From contig OZ024749.1 of NCBI GenBank assembly GCA_964016885.1, forward strand, positions 22,878,001 through 22,942,000: 64,000 bases of DNA, read 5' to 3'. How positions within the stretch are numbered: position 1 is the stretch's first letter; each line of letters starts with the position of its first letter. A program made the position numbers and the translations under genes. Origin of the DNA: Eledone cirrhosa (taxonomy: Eukaryota). Below, piece by piece: positions 13,261 through 25,971 of the stretch. A model generated the notes under the pieces. It saw nothing but the letters and a program-made list of their open reading frames with translations. It had not been told where the DNA came from and did no database searches.

Positions 13261-14349
13261 CACCCCAGTTGCCGATTTTGCAATGGGTAACCCCTGCTTG
13301 CCAAGGAAGACGTAAGATCTTCTTTGTATTCTTTTATCGCTTCCTTTATTTCCTTCCCCCCTCTCTCCTTTGTCCTTCTACCCCAGCTCTTCTCATTTGT
13401 CGGCGTCTTTTCTCGCCCACCCGAGGCTGCCCTTTGGCCCCATGTAGCCTTAGTACCCCCCCCCCCCTCCCCTAGTCTTTGATAGATTTGGCGGACTCCG
13501 CCCTTTATAGCAGTTGGCTTAGACCCCGGATACTTTCCCCCTTTTTCCGACCGCTCCCACTATTCTCTGTGCCCTCTATATTTCTTAGTGGCACTTATGC
13601 CTTATTTTTTCGTTTCAGTATTTCTTGCTTCGCTTTTCTTCTGGGCGGGGTGGATTCTGAATTTATTTCTCCGTATTCTACCTTTATTTCGTACGAACTT
13701 TCATGTAGCTTGTTTTAGATCTTTTAGAGTTAGCATTAGTATATATTTTTCTCGGGACTCAGAATTATTATCTCGTACAAGTTCACTTTGCTGCACTGGG
13801 TCGTTGCTGGCCCGGGATGGAAACCTTTATTGTTTATTTCGTGGTAGTCTCTTTAGTATGTTGGCCCCTTTTGTTGACCCGTCACCGTATCATTTACGTA
13901 CTTATACCTCTTAAAAGGGTCCTTGCCTTATCCGTCCCACCTAGTTCTCTTACTTATTTACTTATTTATTTATTTATTTATTTACTTCTTTCTTTCTTTC
14001 TTTATTTTATTCTCGCCTAACAATAGCCTGACACCTAGGTCGTTGAATTTAATTTACTTTACTTTTTTCTTTACACTTATTTGCTTTTCTTCACTCTCAG
14101 TATTTTTTCTTTCCTATTTCTACCCCCCATTGTTCTACCTACCGTTCCGACTTCCTCCCCCTCCCCCTCCCCTGTATCTTCTTTGACCTCATGCCCAGCT
14201 GTAGCTGGCACTACCAACGCTTGATTGGGTCTACTCCACCCCCTCCCCTCTTTCTCCTACTGGCAGGTTTAGCCACCATCTCCCCTACTAATTTGCAACC
14301 ACAGAATTACTACTGATTTTTGACAATCACTTTGACCATATATGGAATT

Positions 14350-14443
14350 ACCCCTTGAGAAGATCGGCTATTTAAATACCAGGATAAATTTTCATTTAGT
14401 CCAGAATTAGCCGTCGAAACGGCTTGAGCTCAGCTGTCGGGGT
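14350..14443 (+). ncRNA. U3-A8 type I hammerhead (terminal pLTR), predicted cleavage after C14438
   Basis: Stem I ACCCC/GGGGU; core UUGAGAA + GAAA; stem II GA(U)CGGCUA/UAGCCGUC; stem III ACGGCU/AGCUGU; C17. Confidence 0.9.
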
Positions 14444-14453
14444 CTTACTGGTT

Positions 14454-14510
<57 letters not shown>

Positions 14511-14513
<3 letters not shown>

Positions 14514-14746
14514 GGAGCTGACTTTTATTGTAGCGCAATAAAGCAATGCAAATATCGGATAAGTAGCACTCGACAGTTTGTAGGTCTGGAGTATAAATAA
14601 TATAAGATCAAAGATGGTTAAAAGAGTTCCAAGTATTTTATTATGCGCATTTCAAAAACAAATATCATCACGGGATGATATTTGTTTTTGAAATGCGCAT
14701 AATAAAATACTTGGAACTCTTTTAACCATCCTTGATCTTATATTAT
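14511..14746. mobile_element. Fold-back PLE end remnant: 86-nt tail + 73-bp hairpin (14597-14669 / 14674-14746)
   Basis: Arms have one mismatch and a 4-nt loop; each arm holds a hammerhead 3' half GAAA-TGCGCA-TA-ATAAAAT; (TA)n on both sides. Confidence 0.85.
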
Positions 14747-14755
14747 ATATATATA

Positions 14756-14789
<34 letters not shown>

Positions 14790-14820
14790 AGGATGCAAAT
14801 ATATATATATATATATATAA

Positions 14821-15100
14821 ACACCCCAGCCATCGATTATATGTACTAGACACAGAGCTCTTGTTAGATACCGTTAATAACAAAAAACAAATCCTCCATT
14901 CCCATTATCCCAAACCCATGACTTCCAAATATCTGATGCACCGAAACTCAGCTGTTTCGGACCATACCAAAATCAACATACTGATTGCGGATTTGGTACG
15001 GGTGATGAGAAACGTGTCCTGCATGTGCAACCCCAAAGAACTAGAGAGACACATACAACACTTCATCCACCGTATGCAGTTCTCTGGTTACAATCAGTGT
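14821..15100 (+). pseudogene. PLE RT C-terminal/thumb fragment
   Basis: LDT...HYPKPMTS...HRNSA...K.NIL...LVRVMRN...F.HRMQFSGY. Confidence 0.8.
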
Positions 15101-15832
15101 TACAGATATTGAACGGCAGTGCCGTACATTATAACGGAGGGCAAATCACATGGTTCAAGGCATTAGTCAATCCGTTACACGGTCATACTTTCCATCACAT
15201 AATGTACGGCACTGCCGTTCAATATCTGTAACACTAGAATCCCTCCCAGAACATATTACTTAAACATCTCTCTCCATATTATTTACTCACTTCAATCTAT
15301 ATCTTTACTTAATCCGCATTATCACTTGAAAAACATTTTTGAATTCAGAATTTTTGAATTCTTTATTGTTTAATTTATAATCTCTGATATCTGATTTAGG
15401 ATTTAAACTTTTAATTTTAAATTTTATTCCCAACTCTGACTCTTAACTTACTATGTAAAACCATAGTACCTAGAATTAAGTTTATTTTCCCTTATGAGTT
15501 GATGGTCAGTCTTACTGTCAACACTTAGTGAAAGGTAGTATTATGACCTATAAAAACTAACACCCTCCCATCCCCTCTGGCTTTCGGCTGACTGCCACAG
15601 TAGCGATGGGTAGCAGTAAACTTTGGCAAGGCATAGGTGGGCCACTGACAGCGAATTTTGGTTGAAATCTGCGGTGCTAATGGTCAACTTCCTTCGGACA
15701 TACGCTTGCGCAGACCGGGGGGTGAATTGGTACTCACAAGGGAACGGATGAAAAACCCAAAAGCACGAACTTCATCCGTTCCCATGTCGATTCAATTAGG
15801 ATTACCTCGGAAACAACCTTATTATGTAACAA

Positions 15833-15906
15833 GCTGTCTGATGATGTCACGACACTCGCTCACAGAACAGTGTGGCCAGTGTCGTCATTGAAATATATAT
15901 CACTGC
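15833..15906 (+). ncRNA. Type I hammerhead, predicted cleavage after C15901
   Basis: GCUGU-CUGAUGA-..ACGACACU..AGUGUCGU..-GAAA-UAUAUA-UC-ACUGC. Confidence 0.82.
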
Positions 15907-16029
15907 ATTATTATTAAAGGACTTGAACATCTGAAACTACTTCGCTTTTACTTATTCGATATTTACTCCGTCACTCCTATGTGGAAAAAGTACGTTGAGT
16001 GCTTGAATTGAATTGCATCAATGTTTACC

Positions 16030-16118
<89 letters not shown>

Positions 16119-16757
16119 ATGTATGTGTGTGTATGTATATGCATATATATGTATATATATATATATATATTGATGTACATATATATATATATATATATGT
16201 GTGTGTATATATATGTATATGTGTATGTGTGTGTGTTTATGGGTGCGCGCGAGTGTGTGAGTGAGTGTGTTTGTGAATGTGTCTGTTGATTTTTGGCATA
16301 TAGTTGAATAGTTTAAGAGAAATTTGAGGATAATTGTATGATATGCACTCAATATTTTGAATTTGTCTACAGAATTCTCTAAACCTTTGTCACTTAGTAG
16401 AACCTTAAAGAATTTAGCTTTTAAAGAATCTCCCTTTCCTTTAAATCTATCTAACATGACTGACCCCCACTGATCTTAAGAGAAACTTTATAATAAGGAG
16501 TGACACCCCATCCTCAACCTGTTTATAGAATTCTTTCTGCCTTTGTTACTCTAAAAATAGAAATAAACTATAGCTTTGTTGAATTAGCTTCTAATGAATT
16601 CTGTCAACCAATGACCTACACCCATCCCACTCCCCACCCTCTCCTACCACTTGTAGAGACCTATAAATACCATACTTATTTTTTGATACCCAGATTCCTG
16701 ATGATTTCTAAAGAATGAAACAGTTCTAGTCCTGTAGAATCTCATCTATATTAAAAC

Positions 16758-16789
<32 letters not shown>

Positions 16790-17006
16790 TATTCTCCTAC
16801 TATATATATATATATATATATAGATAAATCTACCAAAGTGTACGGTAGTGTCCAATCCGTATGAAGAACTCAATGTAATCCGAATATCATGAAAAGAGAA
16901 GATGTATTCAACACATCTTTTCGGTGAAAAATAACGGAAAACAGAGTCAAGATAAATTAATAAAATAATGAATAAACAAAGAAACAGTTCCTTATATTAA
17001 AAAATT

Positions 17007-17142
17007 CATCATTTTACGATCGTTTCTAGGATATATATGTTAGTGTTGGTATGCATATCCTATAGATCTATGTAAAAATTTTACAAACTATCAGAGGGAA
17101 TATACATACCTACACATATATATGCTGTCTTCAGAAATAATG
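17007..17142 (-). ncRNA. Long-stem-II hammerhead-like motif (inverted arm)
   Basis: Reverse complement of 18122-18257. Confidence 0.72.
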
Positions 17143-17754
17143 ATATTTGTTTATTGAAAAAAAAACAACAAAGATTTAATACAATAGGTCTGTTTGGGAA
17201 CAGGTTTTGAATTGACCAATAGAAAGATAGTGAAGGTCAAGATGGTAAAATAGTAGTAAAAGAACCTTAATTTATGGGTATAGGAAGGTAGATTTCAGTT
17301 TTGGATGGAAAGAATATTATGAATGAAAGATTATTTTAGGGATTATAGGTCATATGCTGACCTCAGAAATAATTGTATTTGTTCATTGAATAAAACCAAC
17401 AAAGATTAAATATATTCCTAAAATTGATATCATTAAGTAAACATATATAATGTTTTAATTTCAGGTTATGAATCTATGTTCCTTGAAATATCTATATATT
17501 TATTATTTCTCACTAATAAATTTATATTTTTTTAATTTCCCCTCGTCTTTAACACTACTCTTCAATTACATCTAACTCTTATTTATCATATCTATATGCA
17601 TTAATATAATTCTACAATATAAATATACCCATCAATTAAATTAATTTATATTCTTTTCATAGATGTAAATTTCATATATTTTTTTCACTAACACTTTTAT
17701 CGTAAAATTTTAGTCTCCTTAGATATTTACATTGGCATTATTCTTTTATAACAG

Positions 17755-17939
17755 GGTGGCGGATTGGCAGTATCGGTAGAGGGTCGGACGCCATGCTTTC
17801 CAGCATAGTTACGTTCCTTTATGATCTGAGTTCAAATCCCGCCGAGGTTAACTTTGCCTTTCATCCTTACGGGGTCGATAAAATAAAGTACCAGTAATGC
17901 ACTGGGATAATTGCTGGCCTTGTGTCTAAAGTAGAAACA
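17755..17939 (+). mobile_element. Full-length SINE family A
   Basis: A-box TGGCAGTATCGG, B-box GAGTTCAAATCCC, core; 18-bp TSD ATTATTCTTTTATAACAG at 17737-17754 and 17940-17957. Confidence 0.95.
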
Positions 17940-18121
17940 ATTATTCTTTTATAACAGCAACTTTTCGTGTACCTTTTACTGGCCTGACGTATTTTTACCC
18001 CTAGAATAACCTTTTCATTCTTCATACTCCTTCCATTCAAAACTGAAATCTGCCTTCTTCTACCCCTAAATTAAACTTCCATTACTACTATTTTACCATT
18101 TGGCCAATTATAATATAATAT

Positions 18122-18257
18122 CATTATTTCTGAAGACAACATATATATGTGTAGGTATGTATATTCTCTCTGATAGTTTGTAAACATTTTACATAGATCT
18201 ATAGGATATGCATACCAACACTAACATATATATCCTAGAAACGATCGTAAAATGATG
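18122..18257 (+). ncRNA. Long-stem-II hammerhead-like motif, predicted cleavage after A18249
   Basis: CAUUAUUU-CUGAAGA-~100 nt stem II-GAAA-CGAUCG-UA-AAAUGAUG; base of stem II non-canonical. Confidence 0.72.
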
Positions 18258-18615
18258 AATTTTTTAATATAAGGAACTGTTTCTTTGTTTATTCATTATT
18301 TTATTAATTTATATATATATATATAGTAATAATAATAAATTTGAAGACTAAAATCCAAAAAGGGCTCTATAAGATAAATATATATCAAATACATAAGAAC
18401 CGTAGAGCAAATATATATTAAAATTAATCTGTTATTTTAATATATATATATATATATATATATTCCAGTACTATATATATATAAGTAAAGAGATATTTAA
18501 TTTGTTGGTTATTCAACAAATTTATTCATAACAGATTCGAATCACTCCACAAGTTTTCTGGAGTATAATATCAATGATATTAATATATAGAAACTATATT
18601 CATAACACCATATTT

Positions 18616-18673
18616 ATTTTATTATGTATATTTCAAGGGTACTAAGTTTTGGTATGCATTCATCAGATAAAAT
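18616..18673 (-). ncRNA. Hammerhead with decayed stem II, inside PLE remnant ~18480-18910
   Basis: AUUUUAU-CUGAUGA...GAAA-UAUACA-UA-AUAAAAU; homologous to 51077-51140. Confidence 0.65.
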
Positions 18674-18909
18674 ACAAAATTTGTTTTATAAATGGAGAGA
18701 TACCCAAGAAACCAGACCTTATCGGTTCAGGTTCAGATTCGGAACCGATAAGGTCTGGGTATGTCACCACTTACAAAACAAATTTGAGGTCCTACTTTAG
18801 TTCGATTATATATCAATCTTATCGATCAAATTGTGATGTTGTCCTCTGAAACAATTGTAAACAAATAAATATTTTTTCAAGAATTTGGTTGTTTATTCTC
18901 CAACTATAG

Positions 18910-18975
<66 letters not shown>

Positions 18976-19195
18976 ATATATGAAGGACTAGCGTCCGAAA
19001 CATTAAGACGCTGCTATATCACGCGTTAACCTAATATATCGCTTCCATATACTGGACCGATTGTGTTGTTATTTCTGTTTACCATTTACATACAATCATA
19101 CATACATGTATACATCTATATATATATATAGGAGTTGTATTTAATTGAGAGAGCGAGAAAGAAAGAGAGAGCGAGAAAGAGAGAGAGAGAGAGAA

Positions 19196-19294
<99 letters not shown>

Positions 19295-19714
19295 TTATTC
19301 AAATGTTCTAATGGGCAAATTATATTTTGTGATACTAGTTCAAAAAGAATTCCTACTGCAGAAAATCTGTCTTGACATCCATTAGGTCTATCTTGTTTAT
19401 TTTAACCATGGAAGTTCATGGCCATTTTCTTTCTTTGTGAAACAACCGGATAGTATTAGTTTAGGTACAATAAGTAATATAAGTAATGTATTTTATATCC
19501 AGATTTTATATCCAGATGTTTTATATAATTATATTGTTTTTCTGTAACATGCTTCTACAAATAAGCTCTGCATTGGGTTTTTTGAAATCTTACTTCCATT
19601 AAGCTTTTACAGAACACCGATATCGAGATGTTTTTTCCTCAATATACTTTTGATACATACATACATACACATACGTATACACACACGCACATAGATACAC
19701 ACACACACACACAA

Positions 19715-19745
<31 letters not shown>

Positions 19746-19758
19746 GATACACATATAC

Positions 19759-19805
<47 letters not shown>

Positions 19806-19926
19806 TATATATATATATATATAGATATATATATGAATATATATACATATATATCTAGAATATGAAATGTGTAGAGATACAAGTTTTATAAAAGGTTAAG
19901 TAAAAACAAGAAAACATGCCACACCG

Positions 19927-19993
<67 letters not shown>

Positions 19994-19994
<1 letters not shown>

Positions 19995-20616
19995 GAATGA
20001 AAAATGGCGAGCTGTGTTGTTGCATATATGATATATATAATAAATGAAGAATTAGAAATAGAAGCCAGGACTATCCACCATCAGTGGTCTACTAGCCATC
20101 ATAGGTATTTGTTCACATTAATGACCATATACCTCCGGCTAGGGCAATACAATAACTAAATTAAGTTATTGGGATAAAAAGAGTTTGGTGGAGAAAGAGA
20201 GACAGGTAAACAAACAAGAATGGTTAGGCAACGTAAAGAGAGGAAAAAATGAGAAAATCAAGTAAATGATTCATTTCGAACATAAGAACTTGCGAATATT
20301 GACGAGAAGGCAAATACACATCTTGGCCGTGCGGATGTGAGCGAGGAAAGACTTTCGTACGGTGTGGGACAATGGGGGAAGTGAGAGAGAGGGTGAGTAG
20401 CAGAGAGTGAGTGAGTGAAAGTGTGAGGAAGAGGCTAGCCAAGAGAGTGTGACTAGCAGAGGGGGTGAGTGAACGTAAGAGGGAGAAGGGGAGAGAAGGA
20501 GGAGAGAGAAAGAGGATAGCAGTAAGGGAGAGAAAATGACAGGTCATAGCGAAGTGGAAAGCATATTTGAATGAAAAATGGCGAGCTGTGTTGTTGCATA
20601 TATATAATAAATGAAT
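19994..20616 (-). mobile_element. Probable non-coding PLE-like remnant with ~50-bp terminal direct repeats; related to 56705-57330
   Basis: TGAATGAAAAATGGCGAGCTGTGTTGTTGCATATAT at both ends; GACCATATACCTCCGG shared with ~56765; decayed CUGAUG core on - strand. Confidence 0.5.
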
Positions 20617-20699
20617 ACATACATACATACATATAAATAAATATATATATATATATACAAACATATATACACACATATATACATATACACACACACGCT

Positions 20700-20730
<31 letters not shown>

Positions 20731-20731
20731 G

Positions 20732-20777
<46 letters not shown>

Positions 20778-20832
20778 AGTGTGTGTGTGTGTGTGTGAGC
20801 GTGTGTGTGTATATGTATGTATATATGTGTGT

Positions 20833-22721
20833 ATTTTATGTAGGGTTCTTCTGGACCGTCTGCTGACACACATTGCAGATTGTGTTCTTCCTGAAATTCA
20901 ATCTGGTTTTCGTGCTGGACGCGGCACTACTGATATGATCTTCTCAGCTAGACAGCTCCAGGAGAAGTGCATAAAACAAGGCTTGGATCTGTATCAGGTT
21001 TTTGTCGATCTGACAAAAGCTTTCGATACTGTTAACAGAGATGCATTATGGAAGGTTCTCCAGAAACTTGGTTGCCCTGATAAGTTCCTTGCTTTAGTTA
21101 GGTCATTCCATGACGACATGAAGGCTTGGGTTAATGTCGGAACCTATCTCTGTAAAAAATGGAGTGAAACAGTGGGATATTCCAGCACCGAACCTGTTTG
21201 CCATATACTTTGCAATGGTTTTCTGTATGGCTTTCAGGAATTGCGAGCATGGTGTTTACATCCGATTTCGGACCTCAGGCAGCATATTTAACATCAGGCG
21301 CTTTGCTGCAAAGACAAAAGTATTTACATCAATCATAAGAGACCTCTTGTATGCAGATAATTGGGATCTTGTAGCGCTCACAGAGAGTGATATGCAGCAC
21401 ATTTTGAATGCATTTTCTGTTGCACTGCCCTAGGATTGACTGTCAGTCTCAAGAAAACCGTCGTCATGTACCAACCTGCCCCTGGTAAGCAATACACTAA
21501 ACCAAACATCTATGTGTATGGTAAACGACTTGGAGTGGTTGATCAGTTTGTCTACCTGGGAAGCACTGTCGATCGATACAGCAACCTTGACAGTGAAATC
21601 TCAATTAGGATTAGGAAAGCAAGTGATGCTTTCGGAAAGCTAGAAAGGCGACTCTGGGGTCGGCGAGACATATGCAGGAGGACAAAGGTAAAGGTGTACA
21701 GGGCATGCGTGCTCTCTTGTCTTCTTTATGCCTGCGAGACCTGGGTCACATATCGACACCACCTTAAGCAATTGGAGCGTTTCCATCAGATGTGTCTCAG
21801 GCGGATCCATGGCGTTCACTGGAGGAACCACATCAGTGATGTCGAGATTTTGGAAAGCTCTATGTGTGACAGTATAGAAGCTCTTGTGCTTAAGCAAAGA
21901 CTCCGTTGGAGTGGTCACCTTGCCAGGATGAACGATTCTAGAATACCAAAACAACTCTTTTATGGAGAGTTGGTTAAAGGAAAACGACCGCCACATAAAC
22001 CAAAAAAGAGGTATAAGGATTCCTTGAAAGCCTCTTTGAAAGACGCTAACATCTCTGCTGATACATGAGAAACTATTGCTGCCGATCGTAATAAATGGAG
22101 AAAGACTGTATATGAGGGAAAAGCTGCCTTTGAGGCATCTCGAATCGCATACGAGAAAGTAAAGCGGGATGTGATGAAGGGCATTGCTGTTGTACTTCCA
22201 GGCGGCGAGGGTCCTCCTATGGTGCTGACATGCAGCGTCTGTGCGAGACTCTGTCTAAGCAAAGCTGGACTGGAAAGTTATCTTCGCAGTCATAAAGTAA
22301 GACCAGTGGGTGACTACCAGGCTGCTGTTGGAGATGCTACTCATCATGCTTGCTAAACATGTGGTAGAGAATGTAAATCAGCAGGAGGGCGCAAGCGACA
22401 TGCAAAAGTACACGAACTCCAACCACGGCCGACTATTCCCAGTGAATGTTTTGGTTGCCGACTCTGTGCAAGACATTTTAGATCATTGGCTGGGCTAAAA
22501 CGCCACATTCGATCGCGGCGCTGTCAGTTGATATCGTGTGTGTGTGTGTATAGATATGTTTATGTGTGTGTGTGTGTATGTGTATATATATATATGTATA
22601 TGTATATTATTATTGTTGTTGTCGTTATTATTGTTGTTGTTATTATTATTATTATTATTATTGTAATTAATATATATGTGTGTGTATATATGTGTGTGTA
22701 TATATGTATGTGTATATGTGT

Positions 22722-22785
<64 letters not shown>

Positions 22786-22883
22786 TTCTTTTTTTTATTT
22801 TTATTTTATTTTTTATTTATTTATTAATTTTTTTTTTTTCTCCTCGTGCAATGGCCATATTCGATAACGAGGGGGCAGCCATC

Positions 22884-22885
<2 letters not shown>
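20833..22885 (+). mobile_element. 5'-truncated, decayed RTE-clade LINE (RT + three C2H2 fingers); microsatellite-interrupted 3' UTR ending ~22885
   Basis: LPEIQSGFR..RGTTDMIF..RQLQEKC, FVDLTKAFDTV, LLYADN, F.YLGS, LLYACETW, RLRWSGH..RM...RIPKQLFYGEL; frameshift and stops. Confidence 0.93.
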
Positions 22886-22914
<29 letters not shown>

Positions 22915-22958
22915 TATTTATATGTATGTATATATGTATACATGTATGTATATATATA

Positions 22959-23077
<119 letters not shown>

Positions 23078-23122
23078 TTATTTATATGTATATATATATG
23101 TATACATGTATGTATATATATA

Positions 23123-23233
<111 letters not shown>

Positions 23234-23260
23234 ATGTATATATGTATGTTTGTATATATA

Positions 23261-24057
23261 TAACTCCTGCAACCCTGATGGTATCCAATGATGTTGATTT
23301 GTTATTCTTTTTGGCAAATATCATTTTGGTTAAGAGAGTGGGACTGGCTTTGTGCAGTGCCTTTGCTCACTATAAAAGCTTCACGGCACATGCATTGCTT
23401 TGTATCTGGAGATCTCTCTGCACTTGTCGTTACATGGTACCATGAGCCCAGCACTATGTGTCAATAATTGTCACAGGTGTAGTGTTTGTACCAGAATTTT
23501 CAAGTCGCTGGCTGGACTAAAATGTCACACTCGTTCAGCGCATCGGTGGGGGTTCTCCTACATGGATATAAAGTAGTGGCCGTACTCGAAAACGAGTTGG
23601 CAGCCACCACGTATATATATATATATATATATATGTGTATGTATGTATGTATGTATATATATGTCCGGGAGAGATGACCCCTTAGCCTTTGTCAATGCAG
23701 AATTCTAGGAGAAGGAAAACTCTGATATAACACCTGCAACCCTGATGGTATCCAATGATGTTGACTTGTACTTCTTTTTGGCAAATATCATCTTGGTTAA
23801 AAGAGTGGGACTGGTTTTGTGCAGTGCCTTTGCTCACTATAAAAGCTTCACGGCACAGACTTTGCTTTATATCTGGAGATCTCTCTGCACTTGTCGTCAC
23901 ATGGTTCCATGGGCCCAGCGCTATGTGTCAATAATTGTCACAGGTGTAGTGTTTGTACCAGAGTTTTCAAGTCACACTTGTTTAGCGCATCGGTAGGGGT
24001 TCTCCTACATGGATATAAAATAGTGGCCGCACTCGAAAACGAGTTGGCAGCCACCAT
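23261..24057 (+). mobile_element. Two tandem copies of a short RTE-related element (23261-23610, 23663-24057)
   Basis: Highly similar copies; C2H2 remnant CSVCTRIFKSLAGLKCHTRSAH; end TGGCC..CTCGAAAACGAG..GGCAGCCACCA resembles the RTE end at 22850-22885. Confidence 0.75.
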
Positions 24058-24530
24058 GTATATATATATATTTATTTATATGTATATGTATAGAAGTAAG
24101 TACATATCTTTACCTGGTTTCTTATATTTCAGTTTGTTATATTTTAAATGAAATATTTCTCATTCTACTCGTGATGTGACAAGAAACTACATCCACACAG
24201 ACACACACACACATATATACACATACATTCATGCACATTCATACACAGGCACAGGCGTACACAGTAATACAGCCACACACATACACACCTATATATAGGT
24301 GCACAGAATTACTCATTCATACACACACACACACATACATTCATACACGTTCATACACAGGCACATGCGTACACAGTAATACAGGCACACACTTACACAC
24401 ATATACACAGGTGAACAGAATTACACTCATTCATACACACACACATACACACATCCACACATCCATACGTTTACACAAGTACACATAAGTACACGCATCC
24501 ACACATCCACACGTATACATAGGTACACAT

Positions 24531-24716
24531 AATTGTTTCTACTTTTGGCACAAGGCCAACAAATACCCAGTGCATTACTGGTACTTTATTTTATCGACCC
24601 CGTAAGGATGAAAGGTAAAGTTAACCTCGGCGGGATTTGAACTCGGAATGGCAAGGGCCGTAACTCTAGGCGTCAAAGCATGGCGTCCGACCCTCTACCG
24701 ATACTGCCAATCCACG
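24531..24716 (-). mobile_element. SINE family A within a CA-rich minisatellite
   Basis: Full core; flanked by ACACATAATT direct repeats. Confidence 0.9.
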
Positions 24717-24759
24717 ACACATAATTATACATCCTCATATACACATCTAAATGTATACA

Positions 24760-25640
24760 CAAGTACACACAAGCACACGTATTCATACACACATCTACAC
24801 ATACACAGGAATATACACATCCACACGTATATACAGATACACACAATTATACACATGCATACACACATACACACATCCATACGTATACATACGCACACAC
24901 AAGTACACACATACACACATACACACGTATACATACGTACACACAAGTACACACATACACACATACACACGTATACATAGGTACACACAAGTACACACAA
25001 GTACACACATACACACATACACACGTATACATACGTACACACAAGTACACACATACACACATACACACGTATACATAGGTACACACAAGTACACACAAGT
25101 ACACACATACACACATACACACCTATACATACGTACACACAAGTACACACATACACACATACACACGTATACATAGGTACACACAAGTACACACAAGTAC
25201 ACACATACACACATCCATACGTATACATACGTACACACAAGTACACACATACACACATACACACGTATACATACGTACACACAAGTACACACATACACAC
25301 ATACACACGTATACATAGGTACACACAAGTACACACAAGTACACACATACACACATCCATACGTATACATACGTACACACAAGTACACACATACACACAT
25401 ACACACGTATACATACGTACACACAAGTAAACACATCCACACATCCACACGTATACATAGGTACACACAAGTACACACAAGTACACACATACACACATCC
25501 ATACGTATACATAGGCACATACAAGTACACGTATCCACACATCCACACGTACACACAAGTACACACATCCACACATACATTGAAATATAGACACGTACAC
25601 ATTATACACATTCATACACATTATACACATTCATACACAC
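24760..25640. repeat. CA-derived minisatellite built from 10-mers (ACACACAAGT, ACACACATAC) with higher-order units
   Basis: Direct reading. Confidence 0.9.
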
Positions 25641-25971
25641 ATCCACACATCCTTACATATACCCAGGTACACAACATTATACATATCCATCCACACATCC
25701 ACACGCATACTTAGATACAAAAAATCATACATATCCATACACACATCAGCACATACACACATATACACAGATACACACATTCATACACACAATTACATAC
25801 ATTCATGCACACATCTAGACAACCACGCTTATACACAGATACACATAAGTATACACATTCATACACACACACACACACACATACATAGAACTAGACAACG
25901 AAATACATAAAACACCCGCAAAACTTTCTCTGAAATCGATTTAACCAATAATATTTAGAATATAAATGAAA

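Larger units (their letters stand above)
7641..14457 (+). mobile_element. Penelope-like retroelement, Naiad type: inverted pLTR + 5'-truncated unit + full unit, flanked by (TA)n
   Basis: 8276-10921 is ~99% identical to 11806-14457; 7641-8275 is the reverse complement of 10379-11001; RT and GIY-YIG motifs present. Confidence 0.95.
16821..18311. mobile_element. Fold-back PLE pLTR remnant: 132-nt tail, ~195-bp inverted arms (16953-17147 / 18118-18311), SINE nested inside
   Basis: Direct reverse-complement match of the arms; same family and same endpoints as 38945-39350. Confidence 0.88.

Noticed and set aside
17755-17830. tRNA genes
   Set aside because: The A/B boxes belong to SINE heads; no cloverleaf, and all continue into the SINE core
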